Positions 51,233-59,342 of a DNA stretch of 64,000 nt are shown here, piece by piece (the first letter of the stretch is position 1; each line of letters opens with the position of its first letter). The notes under the pieces were generated by a model. The model did no database searches and was not told where the DNA came from. It was given only the letters and a program-made list of their open reading frames with translations. The stretch lies in assembly GCA_963751455.1 (NCBI GenBank), contig CAVVUN010000008.1, forward strand, positions 1-64,000. The letters run 5' to 3'. The position numbers and the translations under genes were made by a program. The stretch comes from Nitrospirota bacterium (GTDB taxonomy: Bacteria > Nitrospirota > UBA9217).

Positions 51233-52399
51233 TTACCCGTCAGGTTTCACTTTTTTAACCTTCCTCGTCCCCTCGTACAGCTCATACTCCAGGAGCCTGC
51301 ACTCTATGCCGCTGTTCCAGAACGGGATGCTCCTTTTCGGCTTGAGGCTCACCTTTTTTGCAAGCGCGGGGTTCCCAGTGAACACATAGCCTGTATATCC
51401 TTTACACTTGTTCTTGAAGAAATCGCCGATGCCTTTGTAGAGGCCTTCAAGACTGGCAATCTCTCCCATGCGTTCGCCATACGGAGGGTTCATCACGATA
51501 ATGCCTGACCCGGACAAAGGCGTATCGGCATAGTCGCACACACTGAATTCGATCAAATGTTCGACTCCGGCCGTCGTCGCATTCTTCTTTGCGGCTTCTA
51601 CGGCCTCGGTACTTATATCGGTTGCGATGATCCTGCCGGAAATTGATTTTTTCGCTTGCTGTTTTCCGGCCTCCCTCGTTTTATTCCACGCTGACTCGTT
51701 GAATTCTTTTATATGCATAAACCCGAAGTTGCTTCTGAGCAGGGCCGGAGGCCGATTGAGGCCTATCAGAGCGGCCTCAATAGCGAGCGCTCCGCTGCCG
51801 CACATGGGATTGATAAAGTGGCCCTCTCCATGCCAGTTCGTGGCCAGCACCACCGCTGCTGCAAGCGTCTCCTGCATCGGGGCTTCCAGCGGGATCTTCC
51901 GATATCCCCGGCGGGACAGCGGCTCTCCTGAGGTATCGAGATAGACAACTGCCCGCTCTTCCTTCCAGTACAGATGCACAACTGACCTGTCCCGGTCAGG
52001 CCCGGAGTCCGGCCGCCTGCCGGTTTTCTGTTTAATACGATCAACAATCGCATCCTTCGCCTTCAGGGTCGCGTAGCGGGTATCCCGTATTGTTTCGTTT
52101 TCAACACCGGAGGTTACACAGACGTATCCCTCTCCGGGGATCAGCGCTTCCCATTCGATTTTCGAAAGCGCGCGATACAGATCTTCGGCATTCTTTGCTT
52201 TGAATTCTGCAAGGGTGAGCAAAACGCGGTGTGCGGTACGGAGAGAGACATTCAGCAGAAACGTGTCCTCGAGAACGCCTTCGGTCTCCACGCCGGCAAC
52301 CTGTTCGGACAATACCGGAAAGTTTAGCGACAGCAGTTCCTGTTTTAAAAAAGGAGGGATGCCCTTGGCGCAGGTTATTAGGATTTTTGATTTGACCAT
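51233..52399 (-). CDS. THUMP-domain rRNA methyltransferase (RlmL-like)
   Basis: LRTAHRVL, KDAIVD, LDTSGEPLSRRGYR, APMQETLAAA, PMCGSG, NPPYGER. Confidence 0.93.
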   Translation of the reverse strand: MVKSKILITCAKGIPPFLKQELLSLNFPVLSEQVAGVETEGVLEDTFLLNVSLRTAHRVLLTLAEFKAKNAEDLYRALSKIEWEALIPGEGYVCVTSGVENETIRDTRYATLKAKDAIVDRIKQKTGRRPDSGPDRDRSVVHLYWKEERAVVYLDTSGEPLSRRGYRKIPLEAPMQETLAAAVVLATNWHGEGHFINPMCGSGALAIEAALIGLNRPPALLRSNFGFMHIKEFNESAWNKTREAGKQQAKKSISGRIIATDISTEAVEAAKKNATTAGVEHLIEFSVCDYADTPLSGSGIIVMNPPYGERMGEIASLEGLYKGIGDFFKNKCKGYTGYVFTGNPALAKKVSLKPKRSIPFWNSGIECRLLEYELYEGTRKVKKVKPDG

Positions 52400-52527
52400 G
52401 GAAGGAGTTGAAACCGAAGGGGGAAGAGAGTGCCAGCCCCGATTCCAATTGACTGCGGACAGGGATGCGTCATGGGGCCGAGTTAAGATCCTTTAGCCCC
52501 CGCTTCCGTTTGTTCAGTTTAACAGAA

Positions 52528-52929
52528 TCAGTTTGCCGACGCCATCAGCCGCTCTTTGTCCCTGAAGAGCACATCGACTTTTTGCACATAAATTTTCCGT
52601 ACGACTCCCTTGCCGAAGGTCCTGTGGTCTATGATATCGCCCACCCGGTACTTGCCGGCAATGTCATACATTCGCTCCTTGCCTTTGGCCTCTGCGATAC
52701 AGCTTTCCCACATCATTTCGGCGCTTTTTATAGGGTCTTCTTTTTTCCTGGCCGACCGCGCCAGCTTCACGGCCGCCGAGCTCCGGTATTTATGCGCGCT
52801 GCCGCATGTTTTGCATTTTACCTTGGCGATCGCTTCTCCATCCATGGCAATGATCGCGTGATCAAGAACCAGTTTGCATTTCGTGCAGAACGATGCAATG
52901 TTTTCTCCCGCCGACAGTTTCTCCGACAT
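52528..52929 (-). CDS. Conserved hypothetical Zn-ribbon protein
   Basis: CTKCK...H..., VKCKTCGSAH, C-terminal HRTFGKGVV...VLF; GGAGG RBS before ATG 52929. Confidence 0.8.
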   Translation of the reverse strand: MSEKLSAGENIASFCTKCKLVLDHAIIAMDGEAIAKVKCKTCGSAHKYRSSAAVKLARSARKKEDPIKSAEMMWESCIAEAKGKERMYDIAGKYRVGDIIDHRTFGKGVVRKIYVQKVDVLFRDKERLMASAN

Positions 52930-53204
52930 AAGCCCTCCCAATGAAAAGTCATTATACACCATATCATCGAAAAAAGCTCGCCCGATTTTTCCGAAATATG
53001 CCCGCCTTGCGTGCCATTCGCTTGCCCGCAGTCCGGCTATTAATTTACGAAGGGCATCATGAGTGCGACATTCGCTGAGGCAATGTAACCCGTTACCGGC
53101 CGCAATCATCTATAATACCGCCCGAATACCGCCCGATTCTTTACTTTTACTATTGAAATACGTTTTTCATTCTGATATCATGTGTGAGTTTAGGAGGCGA
53201 ACGC

Positions 53205-53657
53205 TTGCAAAAAGCTGATCTCACGTCGCGGGCTGTCGCAGGCTTTGTTGATCTCCTGCTTATCATCGGGCTTGCAAGGCTGCCCGACGTTCTGGGTTTT
53301 CTGTCCGCAATCGGCTATATCTTGATCAGAGACGGCCTGTTTCACGGGCAAAGCGTCGGCAAAAAGGTGATCGGCATCAGTGTTACGAAGGAACATGGCG
53401 GCTTGGCAAGCTACCGGGAATCCATCCTGAGAAATGTGCCGTTGGCCGCAGCCTATGTTCTTTTTCTCATACCCTATGCAGGTTGGGTGCTCTGCCCTCT
53501 GGCTCTCGGCGTGGAATCTCTCGTCGCGGTCGGCGACGATAGAGGCATGAGGGTCGGAGATATGCTTGCGCGCACATGGGTCGTCCAGCCGAACGAAGTT
53601 GTGGAGGAAGCGCGACAGGAAGAGATACGGCAACCGGACCTGCCTTCAAAAAATTGA
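53205..53657 (+). CDS. RDD family membrane protein
   Basis: RAVAGFVD, GQSVGKKVIGI, SILRN, RVGDMLART; AGGAGG RBS before TTG 53205. Confidence 0.88.
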   Translation: MQKADLTSRAVAGFVDLLLIIGLARLPDVLGFLSAIGYILIRDGLFHGQSVGKKVIGISVTKEHGGLASYRESILRNVPLAAAYVLFLIPYAGWVLCPLALGVESLVAVGDDRGMRVGDMLARTWVVQPNEVVEEARQEEIRQPDLPSKN

Positions 53658-53833
53658 GCAACACGATACAGTAAAGCACAATGCTTAACGCATCTCCGCA
53701 GTACAAGAATGAATAACAGAATAACAGAGTGCACTAAAAAGCCTTGGAGGCAGCGGCTTTGCAGCGGGAAAAGCGTGTTCCGTACAGCAGCCGGCACTGA
53801 TCCTGCACTATCGAAAGGAGTTCTGACAAGACA

Positions 53834-54859
53834 ATGTTGATTAATACAATCATGGGCTGGTTCTCGAACGACATGGCGATCGACCTCGGGACTGCAAACA
53901 CGCTGGTTTACGTAAAGGGAAAAGGGATCGTATGCAACGAACCGTCTGTAGTGGCCATTTCCGCCAAGACAGGAAAAGTGCTCGCCGTCGGTGCCGAAGC
54001 CAAAAAGATGCTGGGCCGTACGCCCGGCGGCGTAAAAACGATCCGGCCGATCAAGGACGGCGTGATTTCAGACTTCGATATAACGGGTGAAATGCTCAGG
54101 TACTTCATCCAGCGGGTTCATAACCGGAAGTCCTTTATGCGGCCGCGCATCGTGATAGGCGTTCCTTCCGGCATAACGCAGGTGGAGCAGCGCGCTGTCA
54201 AGGACGCGGCCATAACGTCGGGGGGCCGCGACGTTTACCTGATCGAGGAGCCGGTGGCGGCCGCCATCGGGACCGGCCTTCCCATCTCGGAACCTTCGGG
54301 AAATATGATCGTCGACATCGGGGGCGGCACGACGGACATCGCCGTCATATCCATGGACGGCGTGGTCTACAGCAAGGCGATCCGCGTGGGCGGCGACAAA
54401 ATGGACGAGGCCATCATAAATTACATCAAGCGGAAATACAATCTGCTGATCGGAGAGATGATGGCCGAGCAGATCAAGCTCGAGATCGGCTCGGCCTATA
54501 AAACGGACAATTCGCGGATGACCATGGAGATCAAGGGCCGCGACCTGGTGTCCGGCATCCCCAAGACGCTCGTTTTGGATGATGATGAAGTTCGAGAAGC
54601 GCTAGCTGATCCGGTAAGCCAGATCCTGAACGGCATAAAGCAGGCGCTCGAAAATACCCCCCCCGAGCTGTCGGCTGACATCGTAGACAAGGGTATCGTG
54701 CTCGCGGGCGGCGGAGCCCTGCTGAAAGGCATGGATGTGTTCCTGCGGGAGGAGACTTCCCTTCCGATCATTATCGCCGAGGACCCGCTTACGTGCGTTG
54801 TTTTGGGTGCGGGCAAAATGCTCGATGATGAAGATATCCTCGAAAAAGTCAGAATGTAG
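53834..54859 (+). CDS. mreB: Rod shape-determining protein MreB
   Basis: [43 protein letters not shown]. Confidence 0.99.
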   Translation: MLINTIMGWFSNDMAIDLGTANTLVYVKGKGIVCNEPSVVAISAKTGKVLAVGAEAKKMLGRTPGGVKTIRPIKDGVISDFDITGEMLRYFIQRVHNRKSFMRPRIVIGVPSGITQVEQRAVKDAAITSGGRDVYLIEEPVAAAIGTGLPISEPSGNMIVDIGGGTTDIAVISMDGVVYSKAIRVGGDKMDEAIINYIKRKYNLLIGEMMAEQIKLEIGSAYKTDNSRMTMEIKGRDLVSGIPKTLVLDDDEVREALADPVSQILNGIKQALENTPPELSADIVDKGIVLAGGGALLKGMDVFLREETSLPIIIAEDPLTCVVLGAGKMLDDEDILEKVRM

Positions 54860-54888
54860 GCTTCCGGGAGCCCGCGCCTCCGACGGGG

Positions 54889-54998
54889 TTTACCCCGTTA
54901 GAGGTCGAAATAATGCTGATTACCAATCATTAAAATATTTGGATAACTTGCCTTGGTGCCTGCAAGAGAGCACTCAGGACGACCTCTAACGGGGTAAA
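54889..54998. repeat. Perfect 19-bp terminal inverted repeat element (MITE/REP-like) between mreB and mreC
   Basis: TTTACCCCGTTAGAGGTCG (54889-54907) / CGACCTCTAACGGGGTAAA (54980-54998). Confidence 0.85.
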
Positions 54999-55014
54999 GG
55001 AAAACTGCCCAGGG

Positions 55015-55821
55015 ATGCGCGGGCTTATTGCAAAAAACAGAAAATTCTTCGCAACACTGCTCCTCTTCATGCTGATGTTCTGGCTGATCACCTTTCAGGT
55101 GAAAGCCGGTCGCCTGCTCTTTCTGGAGGAACCGGTCCTTGCGGTTTCAGGTTTTCTCGAGCGGATCATCATTGCGCCGTTTCGCTTTGTGGAGTCGGCT
55201 GCAAACGGGTATGTTTTCCTGGTTCGGACGGAACGGGAAAACGTGCGTTTAAAAGATGAGCTGGAGCGGGTGAAGCTCGAAAATTCCATCACGAACGAGC
55301 TGCTCCTGGAAAATGAACTTCTTCGCGAAATGGTCGGCTTCAAAAAGCTCCAACCCTTTTCGTCCCTGACGGTTCAGGTCATCGGCAAAGAAACATCGCC
55401 GCTCTCTCGTACGGTAACAGTCAATAAGGGCTCTGACGACGGTATCGCCAAGGATATGGCAGTCATTACGTCGGCGGGGGTCGTTGGAAAAGTCGAGACG
55501 GTTCTTCCCGGCATTTCCAAGGTCATGCTCCTTACCGATCCTGGGAGCACGCTTGCCGTTCGCGTGCAGCGAAATCGGGAGGAGGGGCTGCTTGAGGGCA
55601 AGCTTCGGAGCTGCGCTCTGAAGTATGTCTCCTACTATGCGGACATACAGGAAGGCGACCTGCTCGTTACTTCCGGCCTGGACGGGATTTATCCGAAAGG
55701 GCTGCCTGTCGCAAGAGTCGTTAAAGTAACCAAGCACGAGGCGGTTGCGTTCCAAACCGTTGTCGCCGAGCCGGCTGTCGGCTTCTCCCGGCTGGAAGAG
55801 GCGCTGGTGCTTAGAAAATGA
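55015..55821 (+). CDS. mreC: Rod shape-determining protein MreC
   Basis: N-terminal TM, coiled coil, NKGSDDGI, GVVGKV, VTSGLDGIYPKG; position after mreB. Confidence 0.96.
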   Translation: MRGLIAKNRKFFATLLLFMLMFWLITFQVKAGRLLFLEEPVLAVSGFLERIIIAPFRFVESAANGYVFLVRTERENVRLKDELERVKLENSITNELLLENELLREMVGFKKLQPFSSLTVQVIGKETSPLSRTVTVNKGSDDGIAKDMAVITSAGVVGKVETVLPGISKVMLLTDPGSTLAVRVQRNREEGLLEGKLRSCALKYVSYYADIQEGDLLVTSGLDGIYPKGLPVARVVKVTKHEAVAFQTVVAEPAVGFSRLEEALVLRK

Positions 55822-56327
55822 AGCCCCTCGCATACTGCGTCATACTCCTGCTCATTGTTCCCGTTCAGGCAAGTCTGTTCAACCCGCTGTCGCTCGCCGG
55901 CATCAAACCCGACATTTCCCTGGCGGTTTTGTATATCATCGGCTTGCTGACGGGACCTCTGGAAGCGACAATCGCCGGTATGGCCATCGGACTTGTGCAG
56001 GACATAAGCTCCGCGAACCTGATCGGGTTGGCCGCTTTTTCGCGGGGACTATTCGGCCTCAGCGCGGGACTGCTCGGCAGAAGGGTACTCGACATTGCAA
56101 GCCCTTCAAATGTTGTTTTCCTGACGGCTTTTTCCCTTGGCGAAAGCATAGTTATTGCCCTGCTGATGCAAGTGTTGTACGGATCGTTCCCGTTTTTCAG
56201 TCTATTATTTACCCAGATGCTGCCCCAGGCTCTCTACACCGGCTTCCTGGGCACTTTTATGATCAAATTCATGAACAGCAAAAAAATCATTAATATTTTG
56301 AGACGGCGTTCGCTCCAGAAGGAGTAG
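55818..56327 (+). CDS. mreD: Rod shape-determining protein MreD
   Basis: Hydrophobic, IKPD and GLVQD motifs; overlaps the mreC stop. Confidence 0.92.
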   Translation: MKPLAYCVILLLIVPVQASLFNPLSLAGIKPDISLAVLYIIGLLTGPLEATIAGMAIGLVQDISSANLIGLAAFSRGLFGLSAGLLGRRVLDIASPSNVVFLTAFSLGESIVIALLMQVLYGSFPFFSLLFTQMLPQALYTGFLGTFMIKFMNSKKIINILRRRSLQKE

Positions 56328-56330
56328 GAG

Positions 56331-58142
56331 ATGTTGCATCAGGACAACCCCGTCGATATTCAAAAAAGGCTTCCGCTCCTGGTAGTGTTCATAGTGTTTT
56401 GTGCCGTCGTTCTCCTCACCCGCCTCTGGTATCTTCAGGCAGTTAAAGGCGACTTTTACCAGGAGCAGGCCGAAAGCAACCGGATCAGGCCGGTCAAAAT
56501 CAGGCCGCCGAGAGGGATCATCTTCGACCGCCAGGGCCGGCCGATCGTTGAAAGCGTCCTGACTTTCGACATTTCGCTCATCCCGGAAGACGCGCCGGAC
56601 ATCGAATATACCATAAACAGGCTCGCGTCGATCCTCAAGCTCAGCCCCGACGTGATCCGCGAGGCTTTGGACGAGGCGGCGCCGGTCCGCACGAAGTACG
56701 AACCCGTAAAAATACGGGAAGAGGCGCCGTGGGAGGAAGTTGCGCTGGTCGAGGCGCATCAGGATGAACTCCCCGGTGCCCTGATCGAACCGGAGCATCG
56801 CAGGCATTATCCTTACCAGGGGCTGGCCTCTCATCAGCTGGGCTACATCGGCAAGGTTTCCCGCGCTCAACGGAAACAGGAGCAGCAGGATATCGGCTTG
56901 CTAACCGGCCAGGGTGGGCTTGAAAAAGTTTACGATAAATACCTGCGCGGATTTGCCGGCAGGCGTATGATCCAGGTGAATGCGGCCGGAAGAAAGGTCA
57001 AAGACCTGGGCATCGAAGAACCGAGACCGGGGACCGACCTTTATCTCACGATCGATCTCGATGCGCAGAAGGCGGCCGAAGAAGGGTTGGGCGAGCGCGC
57101 CGGGGCAGTCGTGGCAATGGACCCGAGTTCGGGGGAGATCCTGGCGCTCGCGAGCCATCCCAATTACGATCCGAACATGTTTCCGCGCGGGATAACGCCG
57201 AAAGACTGGGTTCGGCTGATGAACGACGACTCGCATCCGCTTTATAATCGCGCGATCCAGAGCGTATATCCTCCCGGCTCCACGTTCAAGATCATCGTTT
57301 CGCTTGCCGGACTCGAATTGGGCGTTATCAAGCCCGGCGACAGCGTCACCTGCCGGGGCGGACTGAAGCTCGGCAATCATACCTTCCGGTGCTGGAAAAA
57401 GGAAGGGCATGGCGTGGTCTCGTTCCACCGGGCCCTTGTTGAGTCATGTGACGTTTACTACTATACGATGGGAGATCGGATCGGGTGGGACCGTGTCGCC
57501 GAATACGCAAGGAAACTGGGTTACGGCAGTCTGACCGGGATCTTTCTTCCTGATGAAAAGCCGGGGCTGATTCCGACGACCGACTGGAAAAAGAAACGGA
57601 CTGGCGACATATGGCGCACAGCCGACTCCTACATCAATTCCATCGGCCAGGGGTTCGTGCTCGTAAGCCCGATTCAGGCATGTCAGATGATGAGCGTCGT
57701 CGCAAACGGCGGGTATTTCTACCGCCCGTCGCTTCTCAAACTGACGAGAAACCGGGAGACGGGCGCGGTAAAGTCTTTTTCACCGGAACAAAATAAGCAG
57801 CTTGTGTTTGATCGTGCCGCTCTTGAAGAAGTAAGAAAAGCGCTTATCGGCGTCGTAAATGAGCCGGGCGGTACGGCGCACGGTGCTAAGACTCCGCTTG
57901 CAACCGTGGCGGGCAAGACCGGCACCGCCCAGGTGATTGCGCAGAAGGTCGCCGGGAGGAAGCTTTCAGCAAAGACCGGGGACCATGCATGGTTTGTTGC
58001 GTACGCCCCGGCCGATAATCCCAGGATTGCGATTGCCGTGCTGGTCGAGCACGGCGGACATGGCGGCAGCGTCGCAGCGCCCATCGCGAAACGCGTCATA
58101 GAGGAGTACTTGAAAAATGCTGGATCAGCGACGGCTCGCTAA
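56331..58142 (+). CDS. mrdA: Penicillin-binding protein 2
   Basis: PPRGIIFDR, YPPGSTFK (SxxK), SCD, AGKTGTAQ, DHAWFVAYAP. Confidence 0.97.
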   Translation: MLHQDNPVDIQKRLPLLVVFIVFCAVVLLTRLWYLQAVKGDFYQEQAESNRIRPVKIRPPRGIIFDRQGRPIVESVLTFDISLIPEDAPDIEYTINRLASILKLSPDVIREALDEAAPVRTKYEPVKIREEAPWEEVALVEAHQDELPGALIEPEHRRHYPYQGLASHQLGYIGKVSRAQRKQEQQDIGLLTGQGGLEKVYDKYLRGFAGRRMIQVNAAGRKVKDLGIEEPRPGTDLYLTIDLDAQKAAEEGLGERAGAVVAMDPSSGEILALASHPNYDPNMFPRGITPKDWVRLMNDDSHPLYNRAIQSVYPPGSTFKIIVSLAGLELGVIKPGDSVTCRGGLKLGNHTFRCWKKEGHGVVSFHRALVESCDVYYYTMGDRIGWDRVAEYARKLGYGSLTGIFLPDEKPGLIPTTDWKKKRTGDIWRTADSYINSIGQGFVLVSPIQACQMMSVVANGGYFYRPSLLKLTRNRETGAVKSFSPEQNKQLVFDRAALEEVRKALIGVVNEPGGTAHGAKTPLATVAGKTGTAQVIAQKVAGRKLSAKTGDHAWFVAYAPADNPRIAIAVLVEHGGHGGSVAAPIAKRVIEEYLKNAGSATAR

Positions 58143-59247
58143 TTTGCCGTGGGGCATAATCGCACTCGTGGCCACCATCGTGCTCGTCGGCATCACTGCG
58201 GTTTACAGCGCAACGTATACGTCCAAAGGCCCGTCGCCGCTGTATTACAAGCAGCTGATCTGGATCGGGACAGGCCTGATCGTTATGTTTTGTGCGGTTA
58301 TTGTTGATTATCACACAGTGGGCCGCTATGCGTATGTCCTTTACGCCGCATCACTTCTCCTCCTGGTGCTCGTCATGGTTGCGGGCAAGACCGGGATGGG
58401 CGCGCAGCGCTGGCTTGCTATCGGACCCTTTGTGTTCCAGCCCTCCGAGTTTGCCAAACTGTCGCTTACGCTTGCGCTTGCGCGGTATTTTGCGGAAGAT
58501 CCGAAACGCGGCAATTACGATCTGCGGGACCTGGCCATCCCGGCCGTGATGGTGGCGATCCCGCTTGTGCTCGTTTTGAAGCAACCCGATCTCGGCACGG
58601 CGCTTATGCTGCTTTTCACCTCATCCCTGGTCGTAATGATAGCGGGCATCCGGCTGCGCGCAGTTCTCGTGCTTCTGCTGATAGGCGCAACCGTCGCATC
58701 GGTGGTATTTCTGGTTTCACCGGTACGGGATAAGCTGTGGGGGTCGCTGAAACCATACCAGCAGAACAGGATCAGAGCCTTCATAGATCCGGGCGCGGAC
58801 CCGCGCGGGAGCGGCTACCACGCAAACCAGTCGAAGATTGCGGTGGGGTCCGGCCAGATCACGGGCAAGGGTTTCCGGAAAGGCACCCAGAGCCAGATGG
58901 CGTTTCTGCCCGAACGGCATACGGACTTCATCTTCGCGGTCATCGCCGAGGAGCGCGGACTACTGGGCGCCGGGCTGGTGGTCGTTCTGTACGTGCTGCT
59001 GCTGCTGGTAGGCGTTGATACAGCCAAGAACGCCAAGGACCGTCTCGGTGTGCTCATGGCGGCCGGCATCGTATCCATGATCTCGCTGTACGTTTTTATT
59101 AACGTGGGAATGGCGGTCGGCATGGTGCCGGTGGTGGGCGTGCCGCTTCCGCTTGTCAGCTACGGCGGGACATCCGTCATTACAACCTTCCTCGCTCTCG
59201 GCTTGCTCCTGAATATCCAGATACGACGGTTTCAGCTGTTCTACTAA
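58117..59247 (+). CDS. rodA: Rod shape-determining protein RodA
   Basis: GAQRW, QPSEFAK, QPDLGT, FLPERHTDFIF, PLPLVSYGG. Confidence 0.97.
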   Translation: MLDQRRLANLPWGIIALVATIVLVGITAVYSATYTSKGPSPLYYKQLIWIGTGLIVMFCAVIVDYHTVGRYAYVLYAASLLLLVLVMVAGKTGMGAQRWLAIGPFVFQPSEFAKLSLTLALARYFAEDPKRGNYDLRDLAIPAVMVAIPLVLVLKQPDLGTALMLLFTSSLVVMIAGIRLRAVLVLLLIGATVASVVFLVSPVRDKLWGSLKPYQQNRIRAFIDPGADPRGSGYHANQSKIAVGSGQITGKGFRKGTQSQMAFLPERHTDFIFAVIAEERGLLGAGLVVVLYVLLLLVGVDTAKNAKDRLGVLMAAGIVSMISLYVFINVGMAVGMVPVVGVPLPLVSYGGTSVITTFLALGLLLNIQIRRFQLFY

Positions 59248-59260
59248 TACACCGCAGAGT

Positions 59261-59325
59261 GCATAGAGCATAGCGCAAAGGGTGAGAAGTTTTTTACGCC
59301 ATGCGCCATGCGCTATGCTCTATGC
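59261..59325. repeat. Heptamer-based perfect 17-bp inverted repeat
   Basis: GCATAGAGCATAGCGCA (59261-59277) / TGCGCTATGCTCTATGC (59309-59325), with extra CCATGCG units. Confidence 0.85.
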
Positions 59326-59342
59326 GCATTAAAGGAGTTCCC

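Noticed and set aside
37497-51245. Prophage or ICE
   Set aside because: No integrase, structural, replication or conjugation genes in the window.
52930-53109. Extended N-terminus of the Zn-ribbon ORF
   Set aside because: A GGAGG RBS precedes ATG 52929; the upstream part looks like divergent promoter DNA.
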